A stretch of 36,831 bases of DNA from Candidatus Methylomirabilota bacterium (lineage in GTDB: Bacteria; Methylomirabilota; Methylomirabilia; Methylomirabilales; 2-02-FULL-66-22). The stretch is taken from contig JACQXP010000125.1 of NCBI GenBank assembly GCA_016208645.1, positions 1-36,831 on the forward strand, read 5' to 3'. Positions 1-8,015 of the stretch are shown here, in pieces. The position numbers and the translations under genes were made by a program. A model generated the notes under the pieces. The model saw nothing but the letters and a program-made list of their open reading frames with translations. It was not told the origin of the DNA and ran no database searches. Position 1 is the stretch's first letter; every line of letters begins with the position of its first letter.

Positions 1-185
1 AAGGCTTCGACCCCAATTACGGCGCGCGTCCGCTCCGCCGGGCCATCCAGCGCTACGTGGAAGACGCCCTGGCCGAAGAGGTGCTCAAGGGCCGGTTCGG
101 CGAGGGCGGTACCATCCGCATTCGAAAAGCCGCGGGCGCGAGGCTGTACTTCGAGGTGGCCGAGCCGGTCGAGGCGCCCTCGTAA
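1..185 (+). CDS. C-terminal fragment of a Clp/Hsp100-family AAA+ chaperone (ClpB/ClpC-like); 5' end lies outside the window
   Basis: The frame from nt 3 reads [40 protein letters not shown]...EAPS, with TAA at 183-185. GxDPxYGARPL(R/K)RxIQ is the conserved C-terminal Clp ATPase signature. It is missing from the ORF track because it is open at the window edge. Confidence 0.7.
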   Translation, partial: GFDPNYGARPLRRAIQRYVEDALAEEVLKGRFGEGGTIRIRKAAGARLYFEVAEPVEAPS

Positions 186-210
186 CCCCCCCCGCCAGAC
201 ACGATCGTCC

Positions 211-242
211 GCACCCATTGCCCCTGCGGGGGCAGTGGGTGC
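211..242 (+). terminator. GC-rich stem-loop downstream of the clp-like gene; possible terminator without a U-tract
   Basis: gcacccattgcccc (211-224) pairs with ggggcagtgggtgc (229-242): 13 Watson-Crick pairs plus 1 G-U around a tgcg tetraloop. No T-run follows, so terminator function is uncertain. Confidence 0.3.
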
Positions 243-462
243 ATGCGGCCCCGGATCCTCGGGGAGCCGTTTCTGCCTTCTGGATGACCGGCCTGGGGGG
301 TGCGGCAGGCCACGGATCCCTCCCTCCCGCGCGTCCCCCGGCTGACCACTGGGCTCCGATTTTCTGCTTGGCTTTCGTGAAGGATGGTGATAAGGTCCGC
401 CGACATTTGCCAGCGGATACAGGAATCCGGTGTAGGTTGCTCGTTCGCCACAGCGAGAGCCC

Positions 463-2754
463 GTGACGTCGCTGCTACGCGTTCGGCTGCCCGTCCTTCT
501 CTGCAGTTGTCTCCTCTTCCTCGCCCCACCCCGGTGGGCCGGGGGGCAGGACCAGCCCCTCGTCACCCAGATTGACGTGGTCGGGGCTCGCAAGGTCGAA
601 GAGGCCACCGTCCGCTTCAAGCTCAAGAGTCGCGTCGGGGATTCCTATTCGCCCGAGGTGGTGCGCGAGGACATCAAGGCCCTCTACGGGCTGGGCTACT
701 TCGAGGACATCGTCGTCCAGGCGGACATCTTCGAGGGGGGCCTCAAGCTGACCTTCGTGCTCCATGAGAAGCCCAGCATCCAGAGCATCCGCATCCTGGG
801 GAACCGGAAGCTGGCGGCGGACAAGATCAAGGCCAAGATTGATCTGGTGGAAGGCGCCATCATCCCCCCCGGCGCCCTGCCCAAGAACGCCGAGAAGATC
901 CGACTGTTTTACGAGGAGGAGGGGTATTATCAGGCCCAAGTGGAAGGGCGCGAGGATCGGATCTCCCCCCAGGAGGTGGCCGTCACCTTCAACATCGTGG
1001 AGGGGGACAAGTTCGATGTGGGTGAGATCCGGATCGTGGGTAACCGGTATCTGAAGGAGAAAGACATCAAGGGCCGGCTCCAGACCTCGGAGCTGTACCT
1101 GTTCTTCTTCAGCGGCACCCTGAAGCGGGAGGAGCTGCGCCGCGACCTGGATCGGATCCGGGCCTACTACCTGGACAACGGGTTCCTGGACATCGCGGTA
1201 GAGGAGCCGGAGATCCAGCTCGACGCGCGCCGGAAGAGGCTCCGAATCCTGATCCGGGTCGAGGAAGGTTCCCAGTACCGGATCGGCGATCTCAGCATCA
1301 AGGGCAACAGCCTGCTCCCGGAGGCCGAGGTCCGGAGCCTCATCAAGATCCGGGCGGGAGGCATCTTCAGCCGGGAGGCGCTGCAGGGCGACGTGGTGGC
1401 CATCACCGACCGCTACGCGGAGCGGGGGTACCTGTTCGCCGACGTGGCGCCCGTCACCGATATCAAACGGGCCGAGAGCACGGTGAACGTCGCCTTGGAG
1501 ATCACCGAGGGCCGCCAGGCCTTCATCAACCGGATCGAGATCACGGGGAATGTCCGGACCCGGGACAAGGTCATCCGCCGGGAGCTTCGCCTGGTGGAGG
1601 GGGATGTCTTCAACAGCACTTTGCAACAACGCAGCCGGCGCAATCTCGAGAACCTCGGATACTTCGAGGAGGTGAAGCTGGACACCAAGCGGGCGGCGGC
1701 CGGGGACCGGGTGGATCTGACGGTGGACGTGAAGGAAAAACCGACCGGCGCCTTCACCATCGGTGGCGGGTACAGCTCCGTGGACGGCCCCATCGCCGTG
1801 GCCAGCATCTCTCAGAGTAACCTCTTCGGCCTGGGAAAGCGCGCCGCCCTGACGGGGCAGATCGGGGAGCGGGCCAACCGGTACAACGCCCTCTACGGCG
1901 ACCCCCACTTCCTGGATACCGACTTCCTGATGGAGGTCCGGGGCTTCGAAAACCAGACGCGGTTCCGGAGCAACCAGGGCTTCAACCAGAGCAGCCGGGG
2001 GGCGTCGCTGACCGTCGGGCACCTGCTGGTGGAGGAGGTCTTCGGCGCGGCGACCTACACCTACCAGCGAGTGCACATCAAGGACGTGGAGGACTCGGCC
2101 CCCTCCCTGGTAAAGCGGCAGGCGGCGGAGTCGGGGGGCGTCTCCAACACCAGCTCCCTGGCCTTTGCCCTGACCCGGGACACGCGCGACTCCTTCAGCG
2201 AGCCGACCCGGGGCCTGCGGGCCCGGGCCGCCTTCGAGTACGCCGGGGGTTTCCTGGACGCGGACAACAACTTCACCAAGTACAGCCTGGAGCTGTCCCA
2301 GTACTGGCCGCTCTGGTGGAAGTTCGTGGGGCATGTCCGGGGCAACCTCGCCTACGGCGAATCCTTCGGCGATACGCCGACCCTGCCGGTGCAGGAGCGC
2401 TTCTTCCTGGGCGGCGTGGGCAGCATCCGCGGGTTCAGGAACTTCACCGTCAGCCCCAGGGAGACCGGTGGGGGCGATGGGCTCACGGGTGGAAACAAGG
2501 CCTTCTTCATCAACAACGAGGTCCTGTTCCCTCTCTACGAGCCCTTGAAGATGCGGGGGCTGGTCTTCGTGGATTTGGGCAATGTGTTCGACGAACGGAG
2601 CAACTTTGAATGGTCGGTCAAGCGGTCGGCCGGGCTCGGCATCCGGTTCACCTCTCCCATCGGGGCCATCCGGCTGGAATACGGCTTCAACCTGGCTCCC
2701 GAGAAGGGGGAGCGAGCCCAGGTGCTCCACTTCAGTGCCGGCACGGCGTTCTAG
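463..2754 (+). CDS. bamA: Outer membrane protein assembly factor BamA
   Basis: 763 aa with a GTG start and a signal-like N-terminus (LPVLLCSCLLFLAPP). Five POTRA-type repeats are visible (IDVVGARKVEEATV, IRILGNRKLAADKI, IRIVGNRYLKEKDI, LSIKGNSLLPEAEV, IEITGNVRTRDKVI). The C-terminal barrel ends ...HFSAGTAF. Canonical bamA-skp-lpxD synteny. Confidence 0.92.
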   Translation: MTSLLRVRLPVLLCSCLLFLAPPRWAGGQDQPLVTQIDVVGARKVEEATVRFKLKSRVGDSYSPEVVREDIKALYGLGYFEDIVVQADIFEGGLKLTFVLHEKPSIQSIRILGNRKLAADKIKAKIDLVEGAIIPPGALPKNAEKIRLFYEEEGYYQAQVEGREDRISPQEVAVTFNIVEGDKFDVGEIRIVGNRYLKEKDIKGRLQTSELYLFFFSGTLKREELRRDLDRIRAYYLDNGFLDIAVEEPEIQLDARRKRLRILIRVEEGSQYRIGDLSIKGNSLLPEAEVRSLIKIRAGGIFSREALQGDVVAITDRYAERGYLFADVAPVTDIKRAESTVNVALEITEGRQAFINRIEITGNVRTRDKVIRRELRLVEGDVFNSTLQQRSRRNLENLGYFEEVKLDTKRAAAGDRVDLTVDVKEKPTGAFTIGGGYSSVDGPIAVASISQSNLFGLGKRAALTGQIGERANRYNALYGDPHFLDTDFLMEVRGFENQTRFRSNQGFNQSSRGASLTVGHLLVEEVFGAATYTYQRVHIKDVEDSAPSLVKRQAAESGGVSNTSSLAFALTRDTRDSFSEPTRGLRARAAFEYAGGFLDADNNFTKYSLELSQYWPLWWKFVGHVRGNLAYGESFGDTPTLPVQERFFLGGVGSIRGFRNFTVSPRETGGGDGLTGGNKAFFINNEVLFPLYEPLKMRGLVFVDLGNVFDERSNFEWSVKRSAGLGIRFTSPIGAIRLEYGFNLAPEKGERAQVLHFSAGTAF

Positions 2755-2755
2755 C

Positions 2756-2791
2756 CCGGAAAATCCACGAAGGGATTTGTGAATTCTCCGG
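2756..2791 (+). repeat. Post-stop hairpin element, copy 1 (13-bp stem, 10-nt loop)
   Basis: ccggaaaatccac (2756-2768) pairs with gtgaattctccgg (2779-2791) at 11 of 13 positions. It starts one C after the bamA TAG. A near-identical copy lies at 7870-7905. Confidence 0.7.
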
Positions 2792-2795
2792 ATCG

Positions 2796-2828
2796 AATGA
2801 CCAATGACCAATTTCCAATGACCAATGG
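2796..2828 (+). repeat. Phased heptamer array, unit AATGACC, about 4.7 units
   Basis: AATGACC AATGACC AATTTCC AATGACC AATGG, read directly, lying between bamA and skp. Confidence 0.85.
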
Positions 2829-2879
2829 AGGGGACGGGTCCGGGGTTGAGGTTCCGGGAGAGAATGGGAGGCAGGGAAC

Positions 2880-3419
2880 GTGAATGTCGGGTTCCAGAGA
2901 GGCCGGGGGACGCTGCTGGCCGCGGCGGCTTGGGTGCTCTTCCTGGGGTGGGTGACGCCGGGGTGGGCGGCGCAGGCGGTCCGCCTCGGCATCGTGGATG
3001 TGCAACAGGTCTTGAATCAGTCCCAGAAGGGCCTGGCGCTCAAGCAAAAGCTGGATCAGGAGCGGGCGGCACGCCAGAAGGAGTTGGACGCTCGCCAGCA
3101 AGAGGTGATGAAGCTCCAGTCCGAGCTGGAGAAGCAGGCCCCGGTGCTGAGCGAGCAGGCCAAGCGGGAGAAATCCGAGGCGATCCAGCGCAAGGTCCGG
3201 GACGTCCGCCGGATCGCCGAGGATGCCAACCGGGACTTCGAGAAGCGGGTCCGCGAGGCGGAGATGGACATCACCCGGGGGATCTTTGCGGTGATCCAGG
3301 AGTACGGAAAGGACCAGGGCTACACCGTCATCCTGGAACGCAGCACCGTGGTCTTCGGCGCCCCCGCGGTCGACCTGACCGCCGAGATCATCAAGCGGTA
3401 CGATGGGAAGCAGAAGTAG
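2880..3419 (+). CDS. skp: Periplasmic chaperone Skp/OmpH
   Basis: 179 aa; GTG start preceded by GGGAGG; signal peptide ending PGWAAQA. The body is K/E/Q/R-rich and helical, typical of OmpH. It sits between bamA and lpxD. Confidence 0.8.
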   Translation: MNVGFQRGRGTLLAAAAWVLFLGWVTPGWAAQAVRLGIVDVQQVLNQSQKGLALKQKLDQERAARQKELDARQQEVMKLQSELEKQAPVLSEQAKREKSEAIQRKVRDVRRIAEDANRDFEKRVREAEMDITRGIFAVIQEYGKDQGYTVILERSTVVFGAPAVDLTAEIIKRYDGKQK

Positions 3420-3422
3420 GCA

Positions 3423-3492
3423 GAGAGCCGAGAGCCGCGAGCCGAGAGCCGAGAGGGAAGCGCCGAGCGCCGCGAACGGAGAGCCGAGACGG
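3423..3492 (+). repeat. Phased heptamer array, unit GAGAGCC, ten units in one phase
   Basis: GAGAGCC GAGAGCC GCGAGCC GAGAGCC GAGAGGG AAGCGCC GAGCGCC GCGAACG GAGAGCC GAGACGG. It begins 4 nt after the skp stop. The reverse-complement version occurs at 13389-13422. Confidence 0.85.
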
Positions 3493-3570
3493 AGCGGGTG
3501 AGGAGTTGAGGACTCCCGGCGCATTGTAGACGCACAGGATTTACCGGCAGGACAGGGGAAACGGGACGCC

Positions 3571-4596
3571 GTGCGACTGGGAGAGTTGGCGGAGCGATTG
3601 GGATGCCGGCTCGAGGGAGATGGCGGGCTGGAGATCGGGGGCGTGCGGGGTCTGGAGGACGCGGGCCCGCAGGATCTGACCTTCCTGGCCCAGGAACGGC
3701 ATCTTCCCCGGCTGGCTGGCTCGGCCGCGGCGGCCGTGATCCTTGCCGAGGGCTGGCCGCCGGTGGATCGCCCCACCCTTCGGACCTCCAACCCGTACCT
3801 CGCCTTCGCGCGCGCCTTGAGCCTGTTCCATCCCGCATCCGTCCCGCCCCCCGGCATCCACCCCACGGCGGTGGTGGCGTCTGACGCGCGCGTGGCCGCC
3901 AGTGCCAGCGTGGGCCCGTTCAGCGTCCTGGGTCCGGGCGCAGAGGTGGGAGCAGACACGATCGTGGAGGCCCAGGTGGCCGTGGGCGCCGGGGTGCGGA
4001 TCGGCCGGGGCTGCCGGATCTTCCCCCAGGTGACCCTGCGGGACGGCGTCGAGCTGGGGGATCGGGTCACCGTGCACAGCGGGGCCGTGATTGGCGCCGA
4101 CGGCTTTGGCTACGCCCGGGACGGCCATCGCTACGTCAAGATCCCCCAGATCGGCCGGGTCGTGATCGAGGATGAGGTGGAGATCGGGGCGAACGTGACC
4201 ATTGACCGGGCCACCCTGGGAGAGACCCGCATTGGACGCGGGACGAAGATTGACAATCTGGTCCAGATCGGGCACAACGTCCGCGTGGGGGCCGACACGG
4301 TGATCGTCGCGCAGGTCGGCATCTCGGGCAGCACGCGCATCGGATCCCGGGTCACGCTGGCCGGTCAGGTCGGCGTGGTGGACCATGTGGACATCGGCGA
4401 TGACGTGATCGTGGGCGCGCAAGCGGGCGTGACGAAGGACATCCCGGCGGGCTCTGTGGTCCTGGGATCGCCGGCCGTCCCCCACCGTGAGTTTAAGCGG
4501 CAGTTGGCAGCGGCCGCGAGGCTACCGGAGCTGCGCAAGATCCTGCGCGCGCTGGAGGAACGCCTGGCAGCCTTGGAGGCCCGCCTGTCAAGATAA
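3571..4596 (+). CDS. lpxD: UDP-3-O-acylglucosamine N-acyltransferase
   Basis: 341 aa with a GTG start. An N-terminal LpxD-type domain is followed by long hexapeptide (left-handed beta-helix) repeats and a C-terminal helical tail ([16 protein letters not shown]). Synteny skp-lpxD-fabZ. Confidence 0.9.
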   Translation: MRLGELAERLGCRLEGDGGLEIGGVRGLEDAGPQDLTFLAQERHLPRLAGSAAAAVILAEGWPPVDRPTLRTSNPYLAFARALSLFHPASVPPPGIHPTAVVASDARVAASASVGPFSVLGPGAEVGADTIVEAQVAVGAGVRIGRGCRIFPQVTLRDGVELGDRVTVHSGAVIGADGFGYARDGHRYVKIPQIGRVVIEDEVEIGANVTIDRATLGETRIGRGTKIDNLVQIGHNVRVGADTVIVAQVGISGSTRIGSRVTLAGQVGVVDHVDIGDDVIVGAQAGVTKDIPAGSVVLGSPAVPHREFKRQLAAAARLPELRKILRALEERLAALEARLSR

Positions 4597-4619
4597 GGGG
4601 CAGGCGGAGGGAGCAGAAC

Positions 4620-5090
4620 ATGTTGGGCCAGAAGGAGATCCAGGAGACCCTCCCGCACCGGTACCCGTTTCTCCTGGTGGATCGCATCCTGGAGCTGGAA
4701 CTGGGCAAGCGGGTGGTGGGGATCAAGAACGTCACGATCAACGAGCCGTTCTTCCGGGGCCACTTCCCGGGCCATCCAATCATGCCGGGGGTCCTCATCG
4801 TGGAGGCCATGGCCCAGGTCGGCGGGGTGCTCCTGATGCGCAGCCTGGACGCGCGGGCCGAGAAGAAGGTGATGTACTTCACCGGCATTGATCGGGCCCG
4901 GTTCCGGCGACCCGTGGTCCCCGGCGACCAGATCCGGTTCGAACTGGAGATCCTCCAGCTCCGCCGGCAGGTCTGCCGGATGAAGTGCGCGGCCTACGTG
5001 GATGGGACGCTGGTGGCGGAGGCGGAATTGAGCTCGGTGGTGGTGGACCGCGATCCCGCGGCGTCGGGGGACGCCCCCCTCACGGTGTAG
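4620..5090 (+). CDS. fabZ: 3-hydroxyacyl-ACP dehydratase FabZ
   Basis: 156 aa carrying [13 protein letters not shown] and [23 protein letters not shown], the hot-dog dehydratase signatures. Confidence 0.95.
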   Translation: MLGQKEIQETLPHRYPFLLVDRILELELGKRVVGIKNVTINEPFFRGHFPGHPIMPGVLIVEAMAQVGGVLLMRSLDARAEKKVMYFTGIDRARFRRPVVPGDQIRFELEILQLRRQVCRMKCAAYVDGTLVAEAELSSVVVDRDPAASGDAPLTV

Positions 5091-5096
5091 ACTGGA

Positions 5097-5195
5097 TCGA
5101 AATGTCGAATATCGAACAGCGAATGATGAACTTCGAACGGGCGGGAGCGCCGGGGTATCGGGTTCCTCGTTCGACATTCGTAATTCGAGATTCGG
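5097..5195 (+). repeat. Inverted pair of TCGAAnn-type heptamer arrays (left arm 5097-5139, right arm 5168-5195)
   Basis: Left arm: tcgaaatgtcgaatatcgaacagcgaatgatgaacttcgaacg. Right arm: cgttcgacattcgtaattcgagattcgg, complementary at the unit level. It shares the 16-mer ATGTCGAATATCGAAC (5102-5117) with 6881-6896. Confidence 0.8.
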
Positions 5196-5231
5196 CATGG
5201 TGGGTTTTTGAGCGGAGACGAAGGGGGTAAC

Positions 5232-6008
5232 GTGGTCACCGTTCATCCCACGGCCGTGGTGGAGCCCGGCGCGGAGTTGGCGGCCGGGGTCCAGGTGGGC
5301 GCCTACGCCATCCTGGGCTCGCAGGTGCGCCTGGGGCCCGGCACCTGCGTGGGCAGCCACACGATCCTGGAAGGCCGGGCGGACATCGGCGCGGACTGCC
5401 GCATCGGGTCCCACGTGATCATCGGGGCCCCGCCCCAGGACGTGAAGTACCACGGGGAGCCCACCGGGGTGGTCATCGGCGACCGCACCCTGGTGCGGGA
5501 GTTCGCCACGATCCACCGCGCCAGCACCGGCGGCTCGGGCGTCACCCGCGTTGGGCCGGAGAGCTTCATCATGGCCTATGCCCACGTGGCCCACGATTGC
5601 CAGTTGGGGGAACAGGTCATCATGGCCAACCAGGCCTCCCTGGCGGGCCACGTGGAGATCGGCCGGTGCGCCGTGATCGGGGGCATGAGCGGCGTGCACC
5701 AGTTCGTGCGGATCGGCGAATACGCGTTCCTGGGCGCCTGCTCCGCCGTCCTGCAAGACATCCCCCCCTTCGTCAAGGCCCAGGGAAACCGGGCCAAGCC
5801 CTATGGCCTCAACGTCGTGGGGCTCCGGCGGGCGGGGTTCTCGGCCGAAGCAATCCAGGCACTGAAACAGGCCTACCGCATCGTCTTCCTCTCCGACCTG
5901 AATACCTCCCAGGCGCTGGCGCAACTGGAGCAGGAGCTCAGCGGACCCCCCGAGGTGCAGCGATTCATTGACTTCATCAAGCGGTCCCAGCGCGGGATCA
6001 GCAAGTAG
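5232..6008 (+). CDS. lpxA: Acyl-ACP--UDP-N-acetylglucosamine O-acyltransferase
   Basis: Hexapeptide repeats, the HDCQLG motif and an LpxA-type C-terminal helical domain. GTG at 5232 follows GAAGGGGG and gives (M)VTVHPTAVV. The ORF-track start (TTG 5208) is an alternative. Confidence 0.88.
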   Translation: MVTVHPTAVVEPGAELAAGVQVGAYAILGSQVRLGPGTCVGSHTILEGRADIGADCRIGSHVIIGAPPQDVKYHGEPTGVVIGDRTLVREFATIHRASTGGSGVTRVGPESFIMAYAHVAHDCQLGEQVIMANQASLAGHVEIGRCAVIGGMSGVHQFVRIGEYAFLGACSAVLQDIPPFVKAQGNRAKPYGLNVVGLRRAGFSAEAIQALKQAYRIVFLSDLNTSQALAQLEQELSGPPEVQRFIDFIKRSQRGISK

Positions 6009-6014
6009 TCGGCG

Positions 6015-6815
6015 ATGGAAGCGCTGGGAATCCTCGCGGGCAGCGGCCGGCTCCCGTTCGTTGCCGCGGCCGAGGCGCGGCGCCAGGGCCTGCGCGTCGT
6101 CGCCGTCGCCATCAAAGACGAGGCCGACCCCGGGCTGGCCGCCGAGGTGGAGGCCATCCACTGGGTCCAGGTGGGGCAGTTGGGCGCCGTGGTCCGCGCC
6201 CTCCGCCAGGAGGGGGTGACCGACGCCATCCTGCTGGGGAAGGTGGAGATCACCCGGTTGTTCTCCCGGGCCCGCCCGGACCTGCTGGGAGCCAAGGTCC
6301 TCCTGAAGGCGCGGGACCTGCGCGGGGACAGCATCCTGGAAGCCATCGTGGACGCCCTGGCTGCGGAGGGGATCCGGGTCCTGGAGACGCCCCGCTTTCT
6401 CGGCCCCCTGCTGGTGCGCCCCGGACAGTTGACCCGGCGGGCCCCCACGGCACGGGAACAACGCGACATCGTCCTGGGCCGGGACGTCGCCCGGCAGGTG
6501 GCTGCCCTCCGGATCGGGCAGACGGTAGTCCTCAAACAGGGGACCGTGCTGGCGGTCGAATCGGCCGAGGGGACCGACGCCGCCATCCGGCGGGGCGGGG
6601 AGTTGGGCCGGGGGGGGATCGTGGTGGTGAAGGTGAGCCGTCCCGACCAAGATCTCCGGTTCGATCTCCCCACGATCGGCGCGGAGACGCTTGTCGTCTT
6701 GCGGGAGGCCGGCGCCACCGCCCTGGCCCTGGACGCGGGACGCACCCTGCTCCTGGATCGGGAGCGGTTCGTGGCCGGGGCGGACGAGCTGGACCTGGCG
6801 GTGGTCGCGGACTGA
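6015..6815 (+). CDS. lpxI: UDP-2,3-diacylglucosamine hydrolase, LpxI type (DUF1009)
   Basis: 266 aa with N-terminal LGILAGSGRLP and C-terminal EGTDAAIRRGGEL. It occupies the lpxA-lpxB slot where LpxI-type genes are found. No lpxH is present in the window. Confidence 0.8.
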   Translation: MEALGILAGSGRLPFVAAAEARRQGLRVVAVAIKDEADPGLAAEVEAIHWVQVGQLGAVVRALRQEGVTDAILLGKVEITRLFSRARPDLLGAKVLLKARDLRGDSILEAIVDALAAEGIRVLETPRFLGPLLVRPGQLTRRAPTAREQRDIVLGRDVARQVAALRIGQTVVLKQGTVLAVESAEGTDAAIRRGGELGRGGIVVVKVSRPDQDLRFDLPTIGAETLVVLREAGATALALDAGRTLLLDRERFVAGADELDLAVVAD

Positions 6816-6822
6816 GCCCAAT

Positions 6823-6933
6823 CCGTTCGAAATTCGCCGTTCGAAGTTCGTCATTCGATATTGCCGACGAGGACCCTCGAATGTCGAATATCGAACGCGG
6901 AATGTCGAATGACGAAGTGAAGATGTCGAATGG
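6823..6933 (+). repeat. Inverted pair of TTCGA/TCGAA-type arrays (left arm 6823-6863, right arm 6876-6933)
   Basis: Left arm: ccgttcgaaattcgccgttcgaagttcgtcattcgatattg. The right arm contains three atgtcgaat units. The last unit supplies the ATG (6930) of the downstream gene. Confidence 0.8.
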
Positions 6934-7868
6934 GGACAGGTGAGCCGAAGTTGAAAGTTGCCGTCGTTGGCGTCGGCCACCTGGGCCAGCACCACGCGCG
7001 GATCTACACCGAGCTGTCCGGTGTGGAGCTGGTGGCGGTGGCGGACGTCGCCGAGGGGCGCCGGCGTGAGGTGGGCGGGCGGCTCAAGGTCGCGGCCGTG
7101 GCGGACTATCGGACGCTGCTGGGCAAGGTGGACGCCGTCAGCGTCGCCGTCCCCACGTGGCTGCACCACGAGATCGCCCGGGACTTCCTGCTGGCGGGGA
7201 GCGATGTCCTGGTCGAGAAGCCGATCACCCGCACGCTCGCCGAGGCGGACGATCTCATCGCCACAGCCGCGGCCGGGGGCCGAATCCTCCAGGTGGGCCA
7301 TAGCGAGCGGTATAACGGCGGCGTCCAGGCCCTGGCCGCGCAGGTCCAGGAGCCCGGGTTCATCGAGGTCCACCGCATGGGACCGTTCCCGGGCCGCGGG
7401 ACCGACGTGGACGTGGTGCTGGACCTCATGATCCACGATATTGACATCATCCTGACCCTGGTCAAGTCGCCGGTCACGGCCGTCAGCGCCGTGGGCGTGC
7501 CCGTGGTCTCCGACCAGGTGGACATCGCCAACGCCCGGGTGGAGTTCGCCTCGGGCTGCGTGGCCAACCTCACCGCCAGCCGGGTGAGCGGCGAGCGACT
7601 GCGCAAGATCCGGGTCTTCCAGCGGGACACCTACTTCGTCCTGGATTACGCCAGCCAGGAACTGCACCTGTTCCGGCCGACCTCCGCCGACGGGTCGGGG
7701 AGATCGCGGCTCGCCCGGGTGGACATCCCGGTGGCGCGGGTGGAGCCGTTGCAGCAGGAGCTCTCGGATTTCGTGCACAGCGTGCGGACCCGCCGCCCGC
7801 CCATGGTGTCGGGCGAGGCCGGGAGGGAGGCGGTCGCCGTGGCGGCCCAGATCATCGAGCGCCTCTAA
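6930..7868 (+). CDS. Gfo/Idh/MocA-family NAD(P)-dependent oxidoreductase embedded in the lipid A cluster
   Basis: 312 aa with an N-terminal Rossmann motif (KVAVVGVGHLGQHH) and the family EKP motif (VLVEKPI). It lies between lpxI and lpxB. Confidence 0.8.
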   Translation: MGTGEPKLKVAVVGVGHLGQHHARIYTELSGVELVAVADVAEGRRREVGGRLKVAAVADYRTLLGKVDAVSVAVPTWLHHEIARDFLLAGSDVLVEKPITRTLAEADDLIATAAAGGRILQVGHSERYNGGVQALAAQVQEPGFIEVHRMGPFPGRGTDVDVVLDLMIHDIDIILTLVKSPVTAVSAVGVPVVSDQVDIANARVEFASGCVANLTASRVSGERLRKIRVFQRDTYFVLDYASQELHLFRPTSADGSGRSRLARVDIPVARVEPLQQELSDFVHSVRTRRPPMVSGEAGREAVAVAAQIIERL

Positions 7869-7869
7869 C

Positions 7870-7905
7870 CCGGATAATTCACGAACGGTCCCGTGAATTC
7901 TCCGG
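7870..7905 (+). repeat. Post-stop hairpin element, copy 2
   Basis: ccggataattcac (7870-7882) pairs with gtgaattctccgg (7893-7905) at 12 of 13 positions, with a 10-nt loop. It starts one C after the TAA. The right arm is identical to the copy at 2779-2791. Confidence 0.7.
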
Positions 7906-7918
7906 ACCAAATGACGCT

Positions 7919-8015
7919 GGTGGATCGGTGGATGGGTGGATTCGTGAGTGATGAACGCCGCAGGCCGATTTCCTGAACCACGGATTCACCAGTCCACGGG
8001 TCCACGCATGCATGG
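7919..8015 (+). repeat. Inverted GGTGGAT / GTCCAC-type arrays
   Basis: Left arm: ggtggatcggtggatgggtggattcgtgagtgatgaac (7919-7956). Right arm: gaaccacggattcaccagtccacgggtccacgcatgcatgg (7975-8015). I count about 20 of 27 positions complementary. The lpxB ATG lies in the right arm. Confidence 0.7.

Noticed and set aside
475-2811. A 778-aa antisense ORF opposite bamA, and similar giant antisense ORFs (2751-4070, 4365-7910, 11174-12763, 13818-15155, 15685-17415, 18955-20976, 20955-22265 and others).
   Set aside because: These are typical stop-poor shadow frames of GC-rich DNA. Their translations are Arg/Pro/Gly/Ala-rich and low in complexity, with no recognisable motifs. Each lies opposite a gene with strong family signatures.
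3423-3492. Whether the heptamer arrays are CRISPR arrays.
   Set aside because: The units are only 7-10 nt and directly abutting, with no unique spacers of about 30 nt. No cas genes or leader are present. The architecture is tandem or inverted microsatellite-like.
2825-3529. A 234-aa ORF overlapping skp in another frame.
   Set aside because: Its composition is Gly/Arg/Pro/Ala-rich and it runs through the GAGAGCC array. The skp frame has a signal peptide, an RBS and the expected synteny.
7948-8007. ORF-track N-terminal extensions running into repeat arms: lpxB 7948, livH 18445, ferredoxin 23368, usp 24713, response regulator 21826, Memo-like 22316.
   Set aside because: In each case a downstream ATG with a good Shine-Dalgarno sequence coincides with the start of family homology. 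The extension merely translates repeat or spacer sequence.
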